A stretch of DNA of 64,000 nucleotides from assembly GCA_051294375.1 (NCBI GenBank), contig JBJCIZ010000239.1, positions 2,679,476 to 2,743,475 on the forward strand. The letters are read 5' to 3'. Positions 52,801 through 64,000 of this stretch are shown here, in pieces. The stretch is from Paraspadella gotoi. Lineage: Eukaryota; Animalia; Chaetognatha. Made by a program: the position numbers and the translations under genes. Every line of letters starts with the position of its first letter. The stretch's first letter is position 1. The notes beneath the pieces are model-generated. The model did not search any database. It saw only the letters and a list, made by a program, of their open reading frames with translations, and had not been told where the DNA came from.

Positions 52801-55800
52801 AGTCAAATTTAAAACCATTATATGCAAATGAGATTAATTAACTTTATTTCATTTGCCGATAAATTGAAAAGGCTCGTCCCTTATATTCTCTCTGTTCTTA
52901 TCAAGAGAAGGAATGGTCGTCTGAGCTTACGAATTCTAGCCAATCGTAACATTTCTTCTCCCCCCCACCTCCGCAGGCCGAACTCACGCTGATCGACGAG
53001 GAACAGAGAAAGCTGAACCGGGAGATGGCCAAGTTTTTGGTCGAGGACGAAAGAAGGAGGAAAAAACTCAAAGAGGAAGAGGATTTGGAGAGACGGAAAC
53101 ACTCTGACTTCCTCACCCCGGACCAGGTAAATAGTGAGCGGGGTAGACGCCTGTGGGGAGGACGTCTTTACGTTCCTTCAATATTTAAGTGACATTAGTG
53201 AAATTTTAATGTTTTTTTTTTGGTTTTTTTTATCCAGAAATCTCCGATACCTCAGAACCGTTTTGACGATTTGGATCAGGCGGGGCGAGTTTTCAGTGAC
53301 GGAGGTTTCGGGAGTCGGGGTTCGTCTCTCGGTAAGCCTGTTGGCACTTTAAACCAAACTTTTTTTTAGATTTGGTTTAGATTAAATTAGTATTAGGCAC
53401 TGATTAATCCTTGACAGGTCGAAGCAGAAACGGAAGCTCTGGTGACCCTGGGAGACGCGCCGTGGCTCTCTTTAACTTTTACACTTCCAACCCAAAAGAG
53501 CTTTCATTTGAAAAGGGCAGCATTCTTTACATTAACAGGTCTGAATTCTTTGGAGATTGTTTTATTACGTCGATGATTATTTTTCTAACGCGTCCTCTTA
53601 ATTCAGACAAGTGGACAATAACTGGTTCGACGGCGAATTCCATGGTAACAGAGGCATTTTCCCTGTTTCTTACGTTGAAGTGGTAAATTCGCCGGAACAG
53701 GTGATTAAAAATTAAGCGGTAATCACGCTTAAAGTAGGTATTTCGTATTTAGTAAGCTTAAACGTCCACAGGCGGTTCGAGTTATACAAGCGCAACGCCT
53801 CCTGTCGGAAGGTCAAGCGAAAACCAAGTTCAATTTCGTGGCTCAGTCTTCGATGGAGATGAGTCTGAGGAAGGGCGAAATCGTCGTCATCATCAGAAGG
53901 GTCGATGCTAACTGGTGAGCAAATTTTTTTTCCGTTGCTGCACCTGCTGCTGCAACTTCTTTCCCACCTCCCCTCATCTTTGTTCTTTACTTTTTAGGTA
54001 CGAAGGGAAGATCGGATCTAGACGAGGGATATTCCCTTGCTCCTACGTCGACGTTTTGGCGGAGCCCGGAAGTCGAGCGCCCCCGATCATCCCCACCACG
54101 ATCGCGGGCCTCGTCATGCCCTCTTCGGTCGCCGCCTCGGTAGGAGGAGGAGGAAGCAGCTCTTGGTCGCGACTGGGCACGCTTACCCCACAACCCACAC
54201 CACCGCCACACCCTACGCGCTACTCGGCGCAATCCTTGTCGTCTAACGACGGGCTCAGGCCTTCCTCGGCAGAATTCGGTGGCGGAAGCGGAGGAGGGGG
54301 TTCCAGTCGCGGGTGAGTGGATGGAATAGTTGGGGAAAAAATTGTTAAACCCTTGAATACCTTTATGACGGAGAGCTACTTTCTATATTCTATAAGGGGT
54401 TCATTTTAGTTTCATTTTCGCATGCCTGAAAAGCCATAATCCTCAGTGGGCGTGTCAGAGGCAATATATATGTTTTTGATGGAGACAATTTCATGAGGAA
54501 GATCATTGAAAGTCTTAATGAATTGTCCACGCTGTACCAAAATCCGCAGAGCTTCTCCCTCGCCCTGCCCTCCCTATGCGGGATCTTCTCGACCCGGGTC
54601 TTCGGGAGCCATCAAGTCTCCTTCCTTTTCCCCGGAGCCGAAATCCAGTCGAGGCGGCGTCGAATCTAGGGACATCGCACTTCGGGTCTTCAAAGCCGCC
54701 TACAATTACAACCCTCAGGCGAGATTTGTTATTTAATAGTCATTGAAGGTTGAGCAGAGTAATTTATGAATCTAATTATTACGGATGCCTGCCGCCGGTT
54801 TCTCTCACCGCATGTTTGGATTTACTAATACTTAAATATGACTTATGACTTAATATGACTAATTCAAAGCCGACTGATTCATGTTTGTCTGTGCAGAAGG
54901 AAGACGAATTATATCTCCGCCAGGGGGACATCGTTTACGTGATTGAGGAATGTGACGACGGTTGGTTTGTGGGTAAGCACTTTTTATCTATTTTTATTAC
55001 AGTTTGTTCTTTATTGAAATTGCGAATTTGAAAACCTTGAAAGCTTAGTTAAAAGTTAATAGCTAAGTTAAAAACAGAAAATGATTGTAAATTACTAGAA
55101 AGAGAAATTCAGGTATTGTGGAAGACCACGACATAGGGTGAAAACAGTTTATTGCGAGGCAATACAATGATATAAAAAGGTGATTAAATAATGATTACAG
55201 AGCGGAGAGATGTTACGAGATGAAAGGTTGAATTGTTGTGTCTCTCGTGGCTACGGCCACGACCGAAGAAACCCGTTGAAGCCCGGGACGACGAGATCAA
55301 TGACCTGAGGTCTGAGGTCATGTGGCCGTTGAGGGAAAAGAGAGAGAGAGTCGAGGTAACTCGGCCTCATCCCCCCTCAAGTCGTGGCTCCGGAAAGAGG
55401 CGCGGCTGACACCACTGTTGCCGTGTCCATGAATTGATAAAGGGTGCTTTGGCACAAAAGAGTCGCTGTTGATGCACAAAGTTTGTCAAGTCCAAATCCA
55501 TGAGCCGAGGAATAACGGGAGGGTGATAGCCACATGCGGTTTTGGCGTCGTCTTGGCGTCTGCCACGCGTTTTTGCCGTCTTCCACGCATTGCTGTTGTA
55601 GCTCTAGTTGTAGCAGAGGCTTGTTCATATTCTGCAGCCTTTTTGTGGACGTGTTGGCCGACAATTTCGAGGTTATTTCCTCAGGAATTTCGTAGTTGGC
55701 GTCAAAGAAAACGCTGTCATCAATATCGCCAGAGTCACTGGGAACAGAGGTGGATGAAGGCGACGATATTAATGATGGAGACCTTGTTTGTTTTGTCGAT

Positions 55801-58012
55801 TTTGTCGTAAGATAAAGGTGAAAAGAAATAGAAAAAGAGTGAAGTAATAAAAGGGGGTAAAGGAACGAAAATTTTGAGAAAATAATTATTAAAATAGTTG
55901 GAAATAACAGAGGTAGAATAAAAAGTAATAAAAAAATATGAAAAGGAGCAAATTTCATATTTGAATTGTTAGAAAAGCGTTAAGGTTTTTTGTTTCATTG
56001 TAGGAATGATGTTTGAGCATTGAAGGAGAATCGGGGGCATTGAAGGAGTTTGATTCTTTAGAGCATCAATAAAAACGTCAGATTCGGTACTGCCAGAATC
56101 ACGAGCAGAGGCTGATGCCACGAGCTTTTTGGATACGCAAATTGACGAAGGTGTCGGCGATAGTTTTGGTAGAGATAAGTTTTTCCTCGGCGTCTTCTTG
56201 CTTTGCTCGTCAACGGCGTCGTAGTAAACGTCGGGAAAAGAAAACGCTGAGGGCGACTCAACCAGTGTTGGAGTTTTTGGCAGAGTGATTTGTCCAGAGA
56301 GGGTTTTGGTAATGTTAGGTGGAGGATTTATATATTCTCCAGAGTAGATTGGTGACCGCGACACCGGAGATAGGGACTTAAATTGGAGGTGTGAAAAAGG
56401 AGTCTTTTTTGGAGGGGACATGGAAACGAGACAGCGAATCGCCCTTGTGAATGCAAGCTGATGGGTGAATCCTCGCTTTCACAAAGAATGTATTTTTTAC
56501 TAAAAGTGGAAGATTCAAACAAGTTCCAATTCATCCATTTTTCTTGTTCACGTTGGGAGGTAGGATACTTAGTTGGGAGGTTGGTTGGCCAATATTGTAA
56601 ACATTTTCAAAGTTTTTTTTTTTTTTTTTAAGGACGGGAAGGTTTTTAGGAGGCTTTTTTTTATAGTGTTTTTCACAGAAGGATTTTTTGGCGTGTTCTC
56701 GTCGGGCTCACCAATGTGGAAGACCACGACATAGGGTGAAAACAGTTTATTGCGAGGCAATACAATGATATAAAAAGGTGATTAAATAATGATTACAGAG
56801 CGGAGAGATGTTACGAGATGAAAGGTTGAATTGGTTGTGTCTCTCGTGGCTACGGCCACGACCGAAGAAACCCGTTGAAGCCCGGGACGACGAGATCAAT
56901 GACCTGAGGTCTGAGGTCATGTGGCCGTTGAGGGAAAAGAGAGAGAGAGTCGAGGTAACTCGGCCTCAGTATGAAAGTAATTTAATTATGCCGTGACTAT
57001 GGTTCAATTAAGTCTTGATCGTTATTTACAATTCTCCTTAGTTCAGCTCTTAAAAATATAATGTTGGTTTTTAGTTTCTTCGCGAATACTCTCTAAGAAA
57101 CTCGCTTTTTGGTCGGTTGATATGCCTGTCTGTCGGTTTATGCTACTTACGTTTTAAATGTTTATAATTCCGTTGAGTTAATTCTATTAAGTTCATATTT
57201 GGTAAGAATGAAAGGTACTATAAAACCTTTAATTTACATATGTATCATACTTGTGCAGGCACAGGATCATTTAAAAAAGCAAATACAGAAGGCTTCATAT
57301 TATAAAATGAGGTACCCCTTTTTTGTGACTAGAACACGGTCCGAGAAAATTACTGGACCAAATTCATTGAAATTTGGTATGAATGATTATTCATTATTCC
57401 ATTTATATCGTCTTTAAGACTGTATAAATCTATTTAGTCTATATGTAAAATTTCATGAAATTCGATCAGGTAGTTTGGTGGGAACAGATTCTGGTCACAA
57501 AAAGGGGTACCTCATTTTATAATATGAAGCCTTCTGTACATGACCAATGCATTGACCATAAATTAAATGCGGTTTTATTCATAAAATATCATATTATTAT
57601 AGTTAATATTTGGCAGACTGATAAGATGTATTTCATGTGATCATAAAATTTAAATGCAGCATGTTTTGTTTAATATTTGGTTTTTTTAGTTAAAATTTTG
57701 CAGAAAAGTGATCGTTTGGACGTTTGTTACAAAAATAAGAATAAATAGTAAAAATATAGAATTTGTAATATATAATTTTAATGAATATTATAAAATCTAA
57801 AACTTAAATAGTGAAACAAGTAATTTTGCAATTTTCACATATATTTTTAGTTATATAGACAGAAGATCACCCGGAAATACACGTGAAAAGAAAGTTACTG
57901 CGGCGCAACACATTGGAATTATCGTTCTTGTTTAATTTTTTTAACAGGTAGCAACGCCAGATCTGGTAGATTTGGAACTTTCCCTGGAAATTTCGTGGAA
58001 CCTCATGCTTAA
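49835..58012 (+). CDS. SORBS: CAP/vinexin/ArgBP2 (SORBS family) adaptor with three C-terminal SH3 domains; start codon uncertain
   Basis: [38 protein letters not shown]3-1 [24 protein letters not shown]3-2 [28 protein letters not shown]3-3 [24 protein letters not shown]/..[12 protein letters not shown]; stop at 58012. Confidence 0.85.
55117..56968 (-). mobile_element. Non-autonomous LTR retrotransposon (gypsy-type signals) in the last SORBS intron
   Basis: LTRs 55117-55369 and 56715-56968 (TG..CA, identical by eye except a 1-nt indel); 4-bp TSD GTAT; minus-strand PBS TGGTGAGCCCGAC next to the 5' LTR and PPT TTGAGGGGGGA next to the 3' LTR; no gag/pol motifs seen. Confidence 0.93.
57286..57536. 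mobile_element. Tc1/mariner-type MITE
   Basis: About 45-bp TIRs CAGAAGGCTTCATATTATAAAATGAGGTACCCCTTTTT.., TA on both flanks. Confidence 0.88.
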
Positions 58013-59814
58013 ACTCCAAAGTTGTTATCGAGATTAGAAAAAAATCACGCTAAATTATTAATCGGCATTAATACTACGCATTCAACCAAACAGTATGATT
58101 TTATAAAGGTCGCATACTCATCTTTACCAGAAAGTGCAATTGTAATATTGCTTTGATTTAGCTTATTTTTACGCTAACCAAAAATCGTCCAAAAATCAAT
58201 GGTTTTTTTGTCTAAAGATCAAAGTGGGACTCGTTTAGAGTACGATAAAATTCAGACTTTCAGAGAGATTTAAAGTCGCACTGTGTTTCTCGTTGAGAGG
58301 TTGGTGTTTTTTATTATTTTTTATTCGCCCCTTCTCTCTCAATTTTTTTTTCTTTTTCTTTTTGTTTTAATTAAAAAATTTCCTAAGAAGTTTAGTTTCT
58401 GAAAATACAAAAAGCGGTGGTCTGGCTTTGTACTTCCCCTTTTTGGGGACATTTTGAAAAATTAATAGAGAAGAAAACATTTTTTTCGTAGTTGTGCTAT
58501 GACCACTGTGCTAGAGACTTTTTCCTGTGGATTAGTCTATGGTCACTTCCACCTCCAAACCTAGCATTTAATATGTGCACTAGCGATGACGGTATCATGA
58601 ATCTATTAAACCTACGTTCAAGATTTTTTTCGACTATTTTATTCAGAACTTAGCCGCTTTATGTATTATTAATTAAGAATAAAATTTTTCACAGTCATGT
58701 CTTGATTGCTGCCTTTTTACGGCTGTTTTTGAAATACTCCAATTATTGTTAACTTGAGATTGAGATAAGATAACGGAGATATGAAAAAAAGTTGTCCACA
58801 GAGTTGCTTACTGCATTGAGGAAAAAGATATAGATAGTATGATTTGATAACGCAGCTCAATTAGCATTATATAATATATATATAAAAAATAAATTATTAA
58901 ACGGAGAAATTATATGGGATTGAGAGCAGGAGTCGCACAATTCAATGTAATATATAAATACAAAAAGTAATAAGAGTTGCACACTGCATTATAATGAAGT
59001 TCAATTTTTTTAATTCTTTTCTCTTGCTCATACATCTCTATCGATCTTAACTTACGTGACAGCTCCATGTCATGTTGGACTTTCTTCAGTATTAAAACTC
59101 CGTTTAGTTCATGAAAATACTAGTATTATGGGTTTTAAATCATTACTATCTAAACAATAAAGCTTTTCTCTATTCTATGGAGTAAGCGAGATATTTTTTT
59201 TCTTCTGAAGTATCATTGAATCTAATTTAATTTACGTTGCCTTTTACCTTGGATAGCATTACATTTGGACATGATTTTTGCAATCTATACGTTATTTAAT
59301 TACCTCAGTTCGTTACTTACGCCTTACCTCACTAAGATTGTCTGTGTTGTTACTAGTTGCTTTTAATCTTTAGTAGATTTTATTTTTCTTTATTATATTA
59401 CAATTCCTTAGCTTTTATTGACCAAATGATTATTACACTTTTATATCACATTTCAAGTTATGCTGAAATATTTTAAAAACCTGATAGATTACACATCGAA
59501 AGGTTACATACAAAAAGGAATTGTTTCTATTATTTTGAAAATATTTATTGCCAGTGTATGATTTTTACATTATTCCTTAATTTTAAAGGACATAATTAAC
59601 TTATACTTGGGTGCACTACTTAAACGGTGAACATGTTTCTTTTTTTAATATTTAACATGTATTTTACAATTGCCTAGTATTCTTTGATAAAGGTGATGTT
59701 TCATTCATACCTAAAAAAATATATGAACGGAACCTAACAAGACCTGAAAATCACTGACGAATTCCTAAAACAAAAAAAAATTGATAAATTGAGTTTGTGA
59801 CTCGTGAAACCATC

Positions 59815-61610
59815 ATGGAGCGAGGTTCTGGACTGTGCTTCGCCGATTGCATGGGTCGAATACCCTACGGATCTCTCATCGCTACATTCATCGTTGGAAC
59901 TGGTCATTATACCGAATTCTAACCGAAAATATTAAATCAACGAATGTCAAAAGTGTAATGATTGAATTTTTTTAGGAGTCTCAGCGGCTTGCATTTGCAT
60001 TTGGATCGGTCTTCCTTACCTTGTGGAGATGATGTCGTCCTTCAACGTCGACATTTCCAGTTTGACCAATGAGTTCCGAAATTACGTCATCATTACTGGC
60101 GTCGTGATGAGCGGAGTGGCCCTCATCGAACTGGTGCTTGGCTTTATGGCCACTGGAAATACTAGGTAAGTAGTCATTGTATAATAGTCATAGTAGTCAT
60201 TGTAAATCTTCAACCGGTTTTCCTTTTTGGCTATGATGCTTGGCTTATAAGCTACAGAAGTTGAAACCCAGAATCTTCCGATGGTACAACCTCCTCTATA
60301 CGCTTTGTCTGTTCCTTCCTAATTGCGTCTCGAGCTCTGTTTCATTGGGTCACCAATTAAGATAAACATTTTTGATTAATTTTTACGTTTATCGCGTTAA
60401 CAATACATATAATTTTTTAAACACTCATTGCGAAATGAATTATTTTCGCATTTAAATTTCTTCAGATTTAACAAATGAATTTTTTGTATCATTATTTCCC
60501 TTGTTTATTACTATATTTTTTGTTATCGAGGCAATCCTGATTACAATCTTTTTTCCAATGATAGCAATTCAAAGAAATGTAAATTCTAAGAAATGTAGTC
60601 ATCTGTCATATATCTCACTGTAATTATGAATACCGACGTACCTTCAAAAACCAGAAAGAGTTCCGGAACAGTTTTTAAGCGGAATCAGCATAATGTGAGA
60701 CAATCCAATCCAACAGGATTGATTTATGATACTATCTATTAGGAAACTAGGGCAGTAAGTAACCTAACCATGTATTGCATAGATGCTCCCTCTGTTTTCA
60801 GAAGACAACACTAACTTCGAAATCCCAATAATAGATTTAAATAATTAAAAAAAGATGATAAAAAATAATTGAAAAAGAAAAAAAAAATTAAATCATAAAT
60901 AATAAATAGTTTAAAATCTAAAAAAAAACTTAAGAAACAATTTTCATACAGACAGAGACAGAAACGAAAAACCCCCGACAGAGATTCGCATAATGATTCG
61001 CTTGTCCCTCTTCCAATCAGACGTCGAGTTTACACCGGTTTCAAGTCTCGCCTTCTCGGTCGTCTGGGTACGGCCCTTTTCATCCTCATCACCTACGCGC
61101 TGACGCTGCTCTGGTGCGTCCTCTGCTGCTTTCTCGTCGTCATCGCCTTCTTCTTCGTCATCTCTCAAACGCACTGCGGGCGCTACGGCGACGGGGAGCA
61201 TTGGGACAAACGCGACTGCTTCAACATCACCGTCATTCTCGACGGGTTCCCGCTTCATTTGCCGACTTTGGAGGGAAAAGTAAGTTCCACGCTGACTCGC
61301 TGAGGGTAAGGCTGAGATTTACTCACCCGATTTGCAGGAGGATCTCAACTCCCGCGTCTGTGGGCAAGAATTTCAAAAGTACTGCAACCAGTCGCAGGAC
61401 GGATCCGTTTACATCTACGCCGCCACCGCCGGCGTCTGCCTCATCGTTCTCGGTCTCGTCCATTATCTCATGTGCCTCACCGCCAACTACGCCATGATCA
61501 AGGATGGGGCCAAACTTAGAGAGTTCGAGGACGTCCGTTTCGCCGAGGAGGTGGAACTGAGAAATATAATGGAGGGGAGCGACGCCAGATCTCCGAGCTA
61601 TTATCACTGA
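59815..61610 (+). CDS. M6: Myelin proteolipid family protein M6 (GPM6/PLP-like)
   Basis: DCMGRIPYGSLIAT, GFMATGNTR/RRVYTGFKSRL.GR, four TM segments, GLVHYLMCLTANYAMIKD. Confidence 0.88.
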
Positions 61611-62464
61611 TTCCACTCTGGGGAGTGGGGGGGGGGAAATTAGGGCCAAGTTTCAAAAAAGTGTGTCGACAAAAGCCTTTTGAGGCGCTTTTTAGGATCC
61701 CGTCCTCTTAGTCACAGTTGGTGTCTCAAACTCTTTTTTTTTACAATCGGTTTTACATTGCCAAAAGTGCAATTTATTTTCTTTATAGTTTCTTTCCTCT
61801 GATTAAACGGCCAATTAAAGCTTATATAATATATATATACAGTATACACTATGATCTTTCGGAAAATTGTGCTCTTAAATTTTTTTCATTGTACAACATT
61901 AACTTATTTTACTATGTCGAAACATTCCAAAAGTCCCATATTGTTTTTGATGGGTATATTTGTTTAGCTGTGGAGTTTGGACGCGTAACTTTAAGTGCTC
62001 TTACATTTGATTTCTTTCAATATCTTTTAAAAAATGTTCTTTTTATACTTTTCATAATCAATCATTTGTTAAAATTATGAATTGGTGTGTGGCTTAAAAA
62101 TTAATTTTTAGTATGTACAAATTATATATACACTTTTTGTAAAAAATAGCTTCAAAAGTCTCTGTATATTTTCATAGGTGATGCACTTTGTCTTTTACCA
62201 TTGCTTTAAACAATGTATGTTAAAAACAAAACTTGACTTCACATTCCATTTTATAATAGTATTCTCGAGCGCGAGATAGTCAAGGGAGGACCAAGATCTA
62301 GTCGCAAGATCTCTAAGTCTACGGGAATGTACTTTTTTCTTTTATCATAATATAATATGATATTACAATTATTATTGATAATATTTCCCTCGTATCACAA
62401 TTGGAATAAATCAGCTTAAATTAATTTGTATTTTTCATATTAATGATAATATATATAAATTATA

Positions 62465-63385
62465 ATGCCGAAAATAAAGACGCACGCGGATTCCCCGCCA
62501 GCGGCGGCGGAGTCTCCCCCTCTTCCGGAATGTTTCCCGGAAATGCTTTCGGCTCCGGATTTGCGCGCGGCGTTGCTCCGATTCGGCGCTTCCGTCGATC
62601 CCGGCGCGACGCACGAAGAGCTCCTTCGGCTTCACTACGAAATTCTCAACCCGAAACCTCAGCGGACAAAAACGCGGTCAAACAGAAGGGGACAGAAAAT
62701 TCAACTCCGTCAAATTCGATCGGAGAAAAGAAAACGAAAATTGGAGACGGAAAAAGACTCTTTTTCGAAATCGAACAAATTCTCGCGAGCAGAATCCGTC
62801 AACAACTCCGTCAACGCCCCTAACATTGCGGGTCCATTCGGTGACCGACTCGAACCTCCGCCGGGTCTCCGCGGAAACTCGGTCAAGTCGGTCCAGTCTT
62901 TCTCCCTCGACTCTTTGGCCCACATTAAGATCAACGAGGGTCCTTCGAAAAAGCCCAAGGTTTTCGAAAGAATAACCGAGAGCTCCTCCTCGGTATCTTC
63001 GTCAGACTCTAAGACTCCTTCCCACCCAATTACCTCACCCGCGGTCGAGTGTAAATTTTGGGACATGTTCGGTTCAATTACCAACGGAATTCCCACGCTC
63101 CTTTGCGACAATCACAACAAAGTTGAGGCTCGAAAGTCATCCTCTCCGGAGAGACTTCGCTTAGCACCGAAAAGAGTTCTCAAACTAAATAGAAAAACAG
63201 TGCTTCCTTCGTCGGACTCGCCCGTCGTCGCCGCCAACGCCGCCAAAGTTTCCGTCGTATCGACGAAACGGTCCTTACACCGTGACGTGGACAGAGCTAT
63301 CTCCTCGGATTCTGGGTCGGACATGGACACCTCCGAGCCAGGGCCTCGAGAAACGAGGAAGATTACCAAAATTACTTGGCCGTAG
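62465..63385 (+). CDS. Ashwin (C2orf49-like, tRNA ligase complex subunit), intronless
   Basis: PEMLS..LL..HEELLRLHYEILNPKPQR N-terminal block and C-terminal KITKITWP. Confidence 0.75.
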   Translation: MPKIKTHADSPPAAAESPPLPECFPEMLSAPDLRAALLRFGASVDPGATHEELLRLHYEILNPKPQRTKTRSNRRGQKIQLRQIRSEKRKRKLETEKDSFSKSNKFSRAESVNNSVNAPNIAGPFGDRLEPPPGLRGNSVKSVQSFSLDSLAHIKINEGPSKKPKVFERITESSSSVSSSDSKTPSHPITSPAVECKFWDMFGSITNGIPTLLCDNHNKVEARKSSSPERLRLAPKRVLKLNRKTVLPSSDSPVVAANAAKVSVVSTKRSLHRDVDRAISSDSGSDMDTSEPGPRETRKITKITWP

Positions 63386-64000
63386 CGATTTAGAAACGTC
63401 GCGTTAATTCTCGCGACGTCTCGTTCCCGGGTTATACAGATCCAGCCCAAAGCACGTCTCTTTTTCTTTACCTTCCTTCCGATTGGAACCGTGATGGCAA
63501 AGTCGAGACTAAAAGTTAATGCCCAGATTTGGTCGAGAGCGATTGGGACCGAGAACCTTAGAAAAAAAAAAGAGAAATTGTCACGTGAAGAACTTTATTA
63601 TACGAGGAAAATCGGAGTTGAGTTTTTGATTATTTTTCTTCTTGAATTCAGAGTAATTTTTGGCTGATCTCATCGGCCTTGATCATCGGCTGTTGAAAAA
63701 AAAAAAAGTTTTATTTTGTTTACGAGATCAAAAATGCGACCAAATAAAGATTCTTTCACCGAGTTGACATCATTGACATTTGTTTTGTTTTCTTACTCGC
63801 TTTACTAACACGCGTTATCTCATCTCATACAGAGTACAAACGTTCCTCCAAACGGTTAACCGTGTTTTTGACAATGTTATTCCCGAAATGTGATTTCTCT
63901 TAAACAATTCCCGCCATCGGAGGGAGATATCCCGAATTCGAGGGATCGGAATGTCTCCGGAAATCGCGATGGTCCTCTCCAAGTTCCGTCGATGGGTTCA

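Noticed and set aside
58100-59760. Long AT-rich spacer between SORBS and M6
   Set aside because: No ORF, repeat or structure identified; probably UTR/promoter sequence

Overview
Gene-dense window from an animal (most likely a bilaterian invertebrate) nuclear genome with GC/CpG-rich exons and short AT-rich spliceosomal introns. I can support 21 protein-coding genes: brahma/SMARCA2-4 (3' part), PEX3, CDK5, RAD50, CCDC59, an ER thioredoxin-fold protein, a kinase-less FGFR-like Ig receptor, DPCD, an OB-fold/ankyrin/TTC3-like/RING protein, Rab GDI, DPM2, PTP1B-like, NSUN3, SCFD1/Sly1, an OAS-like nucleotidyltransferase, CISD3, SRP9, an F-box/LRR protein, CAP/SORBS, M6 proteolipid and Ashwin. All 21 lie on the + strand. 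Several are only about 60-320 nt apart and have unpaired splice acceptors before the ATG, which suggests long polycistronic/SL trans-spliced organisation. Introns carry a young non-autonomous LTR element with odd FFAT-like/TM cargo ORFs, a Penelope-like inverted repeat with a minimal hammerhead ribozyme, two MITEs and two dispersed repeat families. All identifications were made by eye from recalled family motifs; exon boundaries are manual and no database search was run.
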